Source: Candidatus Dojkabacteria bacterium
GTDB lineage: Bacteria > Patescibacteriota > Dojkabacteria > B142 > JAFGMG01
DNA: 64,000 nt
NCBI GenBank assembly: GCA_016927655.1
Contig: JAFGMG010000008.1
Location: 5,929-69,928, forward strand
Direction of reading: 5' to 3'
Shown here: positions 31,574 through 37,864 of the stretch, one piece after another
Position numbering within the stretch: position 1 is the first letter of the stretch
How the letters are laid out: every line of letters starts with the position of its first letter
Translations under genes and position numbers: made by a program
The notes under the pieces: model-generated
What the model saw: the letters and a program-made list of their open reading frames with translations, nothing else
What the model was told of the DNA's origin: nothing
Databases searched by the model: none

Positions 31574-31647
31574 GCTGGGATAGCTCAGTTGGTCAGAGCA
31601 ACGGTTTTGTAAACCGTAGGTCGCGAGTTCGACTCTCGCTCCCAGCT
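31574..31647 (+). tRNA. tRNA-Thr (anticodon UGU)
   Basis: Cloverleaf read by hand: acceptor GCTGGGA/TCCCAGC, D-arm TAGCTCAGTTGGTCAGAGCA, anticodon loop TT-TGT-AA, T-arm GGTCGCGAGTTCGACTCTCGC. No encoded CCA. Confidence 0.85.
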
Positions 31648-31652
31648 TTCTA

Positions 31653-31725
31653 GCTGAAGTAGCTCAGTTGGTAGAGCATTCCCATGGTAAGGGAAAGGTC
31701 GTGGATTCGAGCTCCACCTTCAGCT
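31653..31725 (+). tRNA. tRNA-Thr (anticodon GGU)
   Basis: Acceptor GCTGAAG/CTTCAGC, anticodon stem TTCCC/GGGAA with loop AT-GGT-AA, T-loop TTCGAGC. No encoded CCA. Confidence 0.85.
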
Positions 31726-31746
31726 CCATTTTTAAGCAAATTAACA

Positions 31747-32451
31747 ATGCAAATTGAAGGTAGAAATCCCGTTTTAGAAGCCCTTAGAGCCAACACCCCT
31801 TTAGACAAACTCATCCTTGAAAAAAATATCAAACAAGATGAGAAAATATCAGAGATCCTCAAACTAGCCCAGAAGCGCAAGGTAAACGTCGTATTTGATA
31901 AGAAATACCTACTCGACCAGAAATCACAAACAAAAGTCCATCAAGGCGTCATAGCAATTGGGACAGACAAACAACAAGCCGACTTTGCTACACTGATAAA
32001 AGATAAGCAGGCGTTTCTAATTTACATCAGAGAAGCATTATACGAACATAATGTCGGCGCAATAATACGGACCGCAGAATGTGTAGGAGCAACAGGAATT
32101 ATCCTCCCTCCAAAAATCCAACTATCTCCACAGATTAGACGAGCTGCTATGGGCGCTACCGAACATATTTCTATACTCAATTGCGGATTATTTCAAGCGA
32201 TCAAAAACTCACAGGACGCGGGGTTAAAGGTAATAGGTATTGAGCGTACAGATAAATCCAAGAGCCTGTATGAAATAGAACTGCATACTCCTTTGATGCT
32301 GATTGTTGGCGGCGAAGACCGAAGTTTGAGCAAACAAATTATCGACAAATGCGACAAAGTCGTAGAAATCCCTATGAAAGGAAAAATTAATTCCCTTAAT
32401 ATGTCTGTTGCCGCAGCTATAGTTATGTACGAAGTCCTCAGGCAGAACTAA
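31747..32451 (+). CDS. rlmB: SpoU/TrmH-family RNA 2'-O-methyltransferase (RlmB-like)
   Basis: N-terminal L30e-like (GRNPVLEALRA) and SPOUT motifs (GAIIRTAECVGA, LIVGGEDRSLS, NSLNMSVAAAIVMYE). Start moved to the ATG at 31747 because the track ORF overlaps tRNA-Thr. Confidence 0.8.
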   Translation: MQIEGRNPVLEALRANTPLDKLILEKNIKQDEKISEILKLAQKRKVNVVFDKKYLLDQKSQTKVHQGVIAIGTDKQQADFATLIKDKQAFLIYIREALYEHNVGAIIRTAECVGATGIILPPKIQLSPQIRRAAMGATEHISILNCGLFQAIKNSQDAGLKVIGIERTDKSKSLYEIELHTPLMLIVGGEDRSLSKQIIDKCDKVVEIPMKGKINSLNMSVAAAIVMYEVLRQN

Positions 32452-32490
32452 ACCCCGGTTTAGTGTATAATTGGCATATCTAGAGTGGAT

Positions 32491-32562
32491 AGGGCTTTAG
32501 TGTCAATGGTAGCACGACGGTCTCCAAAACCGTTAGTGTAGGTTCAAATCCTACAAGCCCTG
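32491..32562 (+). tRNA. tRNA-Trp (anticodon CCA)
   Basis: Acceptor AGGGCTT/AAGCCCT, anticodon stem ACGGT/ACCGT with loop CT-CCA-AA, T-arm GTAGGTTCAAATCCTAC. In the conserved position upstream of secE-nusG. Confidence 0.8.
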
Positions 32563-32565
32563 CTT

Positions 32566-33759
32566 TCAAACCTTCATTGCCGAGCGCCTTTTTCTCTCAA
32601 ACAACCCAAATAGCTCCCTGACTTGTTCAGGAATATTTCTCGAAAAGACTTTCCCGATAGAAGTTTCATCAAATTTTTTATGACGTCCAGTAAGAACTAC
32701 TTCAAGAAAACTCAAGCCATTTGACGTAACCATATCCTGAGAAGGTCTATAGCCATAATCTCCAAACAACGAACGTGTTAGTTCGCTAATACTTGCCCCA
32801 TTACAGAATCTCTCCACAATTTCCACAAGCACCTGAGGAACTACAGGTATTTCACGGAACTCTTGCAGCGGGTCTTGAATATATGCGGCTTCTTGTATGC
32901 ATCCAGGTCTCTGCTCTCGTTCTCGTTCCTTTCGAAAAACCAACTCGTAATAATTTTTTGCCGATCGAAGTCTTTTTTTCTTATGCTCATCAACATCAAC
33001 TGGAAGTTCCGTCTCCATGAGAACAACTAAACCACTAGCCAGCAAGGCGTTATAGTCAACATCAGGATCAACCCCTGCCCTGTTTTTCACCCAAGGGACA
33101 AACAACACTTTTTGAGCTAGCTTTCTAATCCCAAAATTTCTTTGACCAGACATGAAGTTCCTGACTTCCTTGTTGTAATCCCCAACTACTTCCAAGTCTT
33201 CAAACATTCCAGATTCTTCCAGCAATGGAAGAATTGTATAATAATTTGCATATGTCCTAAGCAATTTTTCTATATGTGGAAGTCGTGCAAGAGTAGCAGA
33301 AATTTCTCTGTCTTCCAGCACTTCGACAAACTGCAAGCGCTCATTTTCATATTCTGATAATTTCTCATAATATTTGGCAAGTTCAGGAGATACTCTTAAG
33401 TCAATTTCATTGCCTGCAAACAATCCTAAGGTACTACCGGCAACTATTGCTGCAGAAATTAGTATATGGCGGACGTCCCTACTGAACCCTACACTCACAC
33501 CGGTAGATTGGGAAACTGTTTCGATACTATCAGAAGAAAGCATATGCTCATTTGCTATTAATAATTTCTCTCGTGGAGACAGAAGCACACCTCCCCTTGA
33601 TTTTGAATCCCAGACATAAAACAACCTCTCTACTTCCTGCCAAAATGGCTCCACTTGTTCTGCTTCAAGGCGTGCTTGAATACCTTCGAATATCTCCTCG
33701 TCGTAGCGTCTTTCAGCCTTGCGGATATCAACAACTCTCACTCCAAGGGTTTCATCCAT
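32566..33759 (-). CDS. hypothetical protein (397 aa), no recognisable family
   Basis: Long ORF on the strand opposite the flanking tRNA-Trp and secE; no TM segments and no motif recognised. Confidence 0.35.
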   Translation of the reverse strand: MDETLGVRVVDIRKAERRYDEEIFEGIQARLEAEQVEPFWQEVERLFYVWDSKSRGGVLLSPREKLLIANEHMLSSDSIETVSQSTGVSVGFSRDVRHILISAAIVAGSTLGLFAGNEIDLRVSPELAKYYEKLSEYENERLQFVEVLEDREISATLARLPHIEKLLRTYANYYTILPLLEESGMFEDLEVVGDYNKEVRNFMSGQRNFGIRKLAQKVLFVPWVKNRAGVDPDVDYNALLASGLVVLMETELPVDVDEHKKKRLRSAKNYYELVFRKEREREQRPGCIQEAAYIQDPLQEFREIPVVPQVLVEIVERFCNGASISELTRSLFGDYGYRPSQDMVTSNGLSFLEVVLTGRHKKFDETSIGKVFSRNIPEQVRELFGLFERKRRSAMKV

Positions 33760-33866
33760 AGTTAAAAATAAATAATTCGCCGATTATATCAGCCAGGGCA
33801 ACACAAGTTCATATTTTTCTGATATAATCTTCATGCGTTCACTAAGTTCAGGTGATAGTTTTTTTT

Positions 33867-34151
33867 ATGGCAAAACCTAAGAAAGCCAAAGTCAGAAAGA
33901 CCGTCGGCAAGATAGCAAAACAAGCGGAGCGAAAAACAAGAGGCTTAAGAGCTCTCCCCAAATTGCCCTTGAAAATCTGGGGATTTTTAAAATCCGTCAG
34001 GAATGAACTGAAAGAGGTAGAATGGCTTTCAGGAAGAGATACGTTTAAATGGACGAGTGCAGTTATTCTAACTGCTCTGCTCTTTGGACTTTTAATAGTG
34101 TTACTTGATCTAGGATTTTTTGAAATAAGAGACTTATTATTTAGAATCTAA
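33867..34151 (+). CDS. secE: preprotein translocase subunit SecE
   Basis: Single C-terminal TM with SecE pattern (SVRNELKEVEWLSGRDTFKWTSAVIL...). AGGTGA RBS 11 nt upstream of the ATG at 33867; the track ORF starts at a GTG at 33852. Confidence 0.75.
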   Translation: MAKPKKAKVRKTVGKIAKQAERKTRGLRALPKLPLKIWGFLKSVRNELKEVEWLSGRDTFKWTSAVILTALLFGLLIVLLDLGFFEIRDLLFRI

Positions 34152-34152
34152 A

Positions 34153-34758
34153 ATGACAGAAAAAACAGAAAATAAAAAACCTCAAGAAAAAGAAAGCAGC
34201 AGCTCAAAAGCAAAGAAAGCGAAAATCAAAAACGACAAATTGAATTGGTATATCCTAAATACCTACTCAGGACACGAGAAAAAGGTAGCTGCTCATCTGG
34301 AGGAAAAAATTGAAGCAAATGAGATGAAAGATAAGATTACCGATGTAATTGTTCCCATTCACGAAAAGATTGTCGTAAAGGATGGGAAGAAAAGAACAGT
34401 CGAGGAAAAATTGTTCCCTGGATATGTACTAGTTCAAATGGAAATGAACGAAGACACATGGCGGGTAGTCAGGAATACAGAAGGTGTAACAAGCTTTGTC
34501 GGTACTGAAAAAAAACCGACTCCATTAAATGAAAAGGAAGTAAAGAGCATCCTGGCCTTTATGGATGTCAAACAGCCAGCATACACAGCAGCATTTGCAG
34601 TCGGAGATGCTGTACGAGTAAATGACGGTCCGTTTAAAGACTTTGTAGGAGCAATCAGCGAAATTAATGAAGATAAAGGTCAAATCAAAGTGCTTCTTTC
34701 AGTTTTCGGAAGAGAAACACCAGTTGTTTTAGATTTTTTGCAGGTAAACAAATTATAA
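34153..34758 (+). CDS. nusG: transcription termination/antitermination factor NusG
   Basis: NGN domain (WYILNTYSGHEKKV) plus KOW (FAVGDAVRVNDGPFKDFVGAI). Confidence 0.9.
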   Translation: MTEKTENKKPQEKESSSSKAKKAKIKNDKLNWYILNTYSGHEKKVAAHLEEKIEANEMKDKITDVIVPIHEKIVVKDGKKRTVEEKLFPGYVLVQMEMNEDTWRVVRNTEGVTSFVGTEKKPTPLNEKEVKSILAFMDVKQPAYTAAFAVGDAVRVNDGPFKDFVGAISEINEDKGQIKVLLSVFGRETPVVLDFLQVNKL

Positions 34759-34780
34759 ACTAGCTTTTAAGATATCAAAA

Positions 34781-35206
34781 ATGGCAAAACCAATAAAAAC
34801 ACAAATGAAGCTGATCATTGAAGCCGGCAAAGCAACTCCTGCCCCACCAATTGGACCGGCACTTGGACAACACGGTGTAAACATCGGGGATTTTGTTAAC
34901 CAATTCAATGAGAAAACAAGAGATAAAATGGGCAACAAAATCCCAGTCATCCTGACTATTTACGATGACAGGAGTTTCTCGATGGAATTCAAACAACCGC
35001 CTGTTGCCGACTTGATTCAAAAAGCAACCGGTATCAAAAAAGGATCTGCAACACCAAATACAGAAAAAGTCGGAAAACTGAGCAAAGCCCAGGCAACAGA
35101 AATTGCCGAGGTAAAGATGCCAGACTTGAATACAAACAAGATTGAATCAGCCGTTAAGATTGTACAAGGAACTGCAAAAAGCATGGGACTTGAGGTTGAG
35201 GAATAA
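34781..35206 (+). CDS. rplK: 50S ribosomal protein L11 (uL11)
   Basis: AGKATPAPPIGPALGQHGVNI consensus. Confidence 0.9.
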   Translation: MAKPIKTQMKLIIEAGKATPAPPIGPALGQHGVNIGDFVNQFNEKTRDKMGNKIPVILTIYDDRSFSMEFKQPPVADLIQKATGIKKGSATPNTEKVGKLSKAQATEIAEVKMPDLNTNKIESAVKIVQGTAKSMGLEVEE

Positions 35207-35243
35207 TTCGCAGCAAAGATTTTATAATAACCACGTAATAATT

Positions 35244-35924
35244 ATGAGCAAAAAACAAAAAGAAGCAAATAAACTTATCGATAAAAAGCAATACTCCCTT
35301 GATGAAGCACTTGAACTGCTGCCAAAAATCTCAACTTCAAAATTTGCAGGGTCTGCAGAATTGACGGTAAATCTGAAATTAAACGAGAAACAGAAGAAAG
35401 ATCCTATTAGAGGCAGCATCACTTTCCCAAATGCCTTCGGTGAACAAATCAAGGTTTTAGCTCTGGTTGAAGAAGGTGATGTAAAAACAGCAAAAGCTGC
35501 TGGCGCAGATCATGCAGGACTCGAAGAATTTGTAGAAAAAATCGAAAAGGAGAACTGGTTTGACTTTGATATTGTAATCACTACTCCAAAGCTCATGCCC
35601 CAAATCGCAAAACTTGGGAAATATCTTGGAAGAAAGGGTTTGATGCCAAACCCCAAAAATCAGACCGTTACAGCGGATCTTGAGAAAGTGATCAAACAAT
35701 ACAAACAAGGGAAAAAAGACTTCAAAAAGGACGACCAAGATGCAATCAGACTCGTAATAGGAAAAACAGATATGAGTGCAGATCAGCTCAAAGCAAATTT
35801 TGAAGAATTTAGGAAAGTGTTAAAGCCCCATCTTGATAAACTGGGACCTGATGCAATCAAGAATATTCACCTGGCTCCAACTATGGGGCCAAGCTTGAAA
35901 ATTGTATTAAGCGAATTAAAATAG
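35244..35924 (+). CDS. rplA: 50S ribosomal protein L1 (uL1)
   Basis: L1 consensus from MSKKQKEANK...; start at the ATG at 35244. The track ORF begins upstream inside rplK. Confidence 0.9.
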   Translation: MSKKQKEANKLIDKKQYSLDEALELLPKISTSKFAGSAELTVNLKLNEKQKKDPIRGSITFPNAFGEQIKVLALVEEGDVKTAKAAGADHAGLEEFVEKIEKENWFDFDIVITTPKLMPQIAKLGKYLGRKGLMPNPKNQTVTADLEKVIKQYKQGKKDFKKDDQDAIRLVIGKTDMSADQLKANFEEFRKVLKPHLDKLGPDAIKNIHLAPTMGPSLKIVLSELK

Positions 35925-35934
35925 CTGAATTTAT

Positions 35935-35963
35935 TTACAAATTAATAGAAAACAAGGTATAAT
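35935..35963 (+). promoter_or_regulatory. sigma-70-like promoter (TTACAA-17-TATAAT) for rplJ-rplL
   Basis: Hexamers read at 35935-35940 and 35958-35963. Confidence 0.4.
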
Positions 35964-36130
35964 CACCTTGTCATTTCATCAAAGACGGCCAGTGCTAAAT
36001 AGCTTAATATCTAGCCTAGATGGAAAGTTCTACAAAGAATCCAGCAGAAATTATGAAGGATTCATAGAATCTAGAATTTTCCCCCACCGTCTTTAAGGCG
36101 GTTTTTTTTATTTTATACGCAATTATAGTT
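35964..36130 (+). promoter_or_regulatory. structured rplJ leader (candidate L10 autoregulatory leader)
   Basis: About 165-nt untranslated leader with long-range complementarity (AAAGACGG ... CCGTCTTT) closing a domain, followed by GGCGG-T8, immediately 5' of rplJ. Confidence 0.4.
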
Positions 36131-36649
36131 ATGGCGCTAACAAAAAAAGGAAAACAAGACATAGTCGATGATTATAAAAGTAAACTAGAAGCTGCAGAAG
36201 CTGTTTTTGTCATTCAGCCAAAAGGCATCAGCCCAAATGAAGCTAGCGAATTTAAAAAAATCCTAAGTGAAAAAAATGCAAGTTTCAACGTAGTCAAAAA
36301 TACGCTTTTCAAAATTGCAGTTGAAAAATCAGATAAGAAAATCACAATCGGAGACGGAGAAAATGCAGTTGTTTTTTCGGGTGGAGATGCTGTTGATGTA
36401 GCCAAAGCATTGAGTGATTTTATCAAAGCAACTGATAAAGCAGAATTTCGAACAGCACTAGTAGAAAATCAAGAAATCGACTTTGAACAATTTGCAACTC
36501 TCTCAAATCTTCCAAGCAGGGAAGTTCTGCTTGCCCAAGTACTTGCAACAATGCAGGCACCAGTTACGGGATTTGTAAGAGTTCTAAACGGGAATCTAAG
36601 TGGATTTATGAATGTATTAAATGCAATTAAAGACCAAAAAGGGTCCTGA
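36131..36649 (+). CDS. rplJ: 50S ribosomal protein L10 (uL10)
   Basis: L10 consensus and position before rplL. Confidence 0.9.
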   Translation: MALTKKGKQDIVDDYKSKLEAAEAVFVIQPKGISPNEASEFKKILSEKNASFNVVKNTLFKIAVEKSDKKITIGDGENAVVFSGGDAVDVAKALSDFIKATDKAEFRTALVENQEIDFEQFATLSNLPSREVLLAQVLATMQAPVTGFVRVLNGNLSGFMNVLNAIKDQKGS

Positions 36650-36683
36650 ATATTATTTAAATTAATTTATTAAGCAAACCATA

Positions 36684-37076
36684 ATGGCAGAATTAAAAGG
36701 CGATGCAAAAAATATTGCTGAAATGCTAGAGAAAATGACAGTTCTTGAACTATCAGAACTAGTCAAAGCTCTAGAAGAAAAGTTCGGCGTATCAGCAGCA
36801 GCTCCAGCAATGGCAGTGGCAGCAGCTCCAGCAACAGGTGAGGCAGCAGGCGAAGTGGAAGAAAAATCCAACTTCGATGTTATCCTTGCAGAAGCAGGTG
36901 CAAATAAAATTGCTGTAATCAAAGCCGTAAAAGCAGCTTCAGGCCTAGGCTTGAAAGAAGCTAAAGAGCTTGTAGAATCAGCACCAAAGCCAATCAAAGA
37001 AGGCGTTGCAAAAGAAGACGCAGAAGCTTTGAAAAAAGCACTTGAAGAGGCTGGTGCAAAAGTTGAGCTTAAATAA
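36684..37076 (+). CDS. rplL: 50S ribosomal protein L7/L12 (bL12)
   Basis: N-terminal dimerisation helix, Ala/Pro hinge, and C-terminal domain ([20 protein letters not shown]). Confidence 0.9.
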   Translation: MAELKGDAKNIAEMLEKMTVLELSELVKALEEKFGVSAAAPAMAVAAAPATGEAAGEVEEKSNFDVILAEAGANKIAVIKAVKAASGLGLKEAKELVESAPKPIKEGVAKEDAEALKKALEEAGAKVELK

Positions 37077-37101
37077 AATGAGTTCATAAAGACACATGAA
37101 A

Positions 37102-37135
37102 AGAACCTTGCTATTGCAAGGTTCTTCCTTTAATA
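37102..37135 (+). terminator. intrinsic terminator after rplL
   Basis: Hairpin AGAACCTTGC-TATT-GCAAGGTTCT followed by a T-rich tract. Confidence 0.5.
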
Positions 37136-37166
37136 TTGAGTTTGATAAATCTTAAAATCAAAAGTC

Positions 37167-37862
37167 ATGAACGAACTTCTACCAGCCGCTTTGATTGATG
37201 AAGGGATCATTACCAGAGTCACACTCCTTATGATCATCATGCTTCCTATAGTTGGTACTGTGATCGGATTTACCAAGCATGTAATTGGTCTAAAGTCACT
37301 TGGGTTGTACGCACCAATTGTTATGACCTATGCGTATTTCCAAATTGGTTTATCAAGCGGCCATTCAAGTTGGATCGACCAGGTGTTCTACAGCTTTAAA
37401 GTCGGAATAGCATTAACCATAGTTGTTTTCCTCACCACCCTGCTTGCTCACAAGGTCACGAAACTAATGCGTCTTCATTATTCACCAAAAATTGCTTTAG
37501 TAATAAGCACAGTCGCAATCAGTATGTATCTGGTAATTATTGTTGCAAGATATTTAGATCTTGAGACATTTCTTGAAAGCAGCTTCATTCCAATCATTCT
37601 GCTTTCTACTGTTTCAGAGCAATTTGTAGTTACAATGGCCCAGAAAAATATAAAAACAGCTTTCAGCTTAACGCTGACTACAACAATCATCTCATTTTGC
37701 ACGTTTGCCCTGATCATCTACGGCCCTTTTCAGAATCTAATGATTGATTATCCTTATCTTTTGATTCTAACTTTCCCGCTCAATATTATGATTGGTAAAT
37801 TTACCGGGCTGAGACTACTTGAATATTTTAGATTCCAGAATGTTATTCCGCAAAACGAATAA
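37167..37862 (+). CDS. 7-transmembrane membrane protein (resembles the 7TM module that accompanies ATP-grasp peptide-ligase systems)
   Basis: Seven hydrophobic helices counted by eye; no soluble domain. Separated by 2 nt from the downstream ATP-grasp fusion gene. Confidence 0.55.
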   Translation: MNELLPAALIDEGIITRVTLLMIIMLPIVGTVIGFTKHVIGLKSLGLYAPIVMTYAYFQIGLSSGHSSWIDQVFYSFKVGIALTIVVFLTTLLAHKVTKLMRLHYSPKIALVISTVAISMYLVIIVARYLDLETFLESSFIPIILLSTVSEQFVVTMAQKNIKTAFSLTLTTTIISFCTFALIIYGPFQNLMIDYPYLLILTFPLNIMIGKFTGLRLLEYFRFQNVIPQNE

Positions 37863-37864
37863 AA

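Noticed and set aside
31684-31746. N-terminal extension of the SpoU methyltransferase ORF (MVRERSWIRAPP...)
   Set aside because: The extension runs through tRNA-Thr(GGU). The real start is the ATG at 31747.
32566-33759. HEPN-like Rx4-6H motif (SRDVRH) suggesting a toxin or abortive-infection protein
   Set aside because: The spacing is Rx3H and there is no other supporting motif, so the call stays at hypothetical.
36662-37087. 141-aa Ala/Ser-rich ORF on the minus strand
   Set aside because: It is exactly antisense to rplL. The Ala-rich hinge of L7/L12 produces a low-complexity open frame on the opposite strand, so it is spurious.
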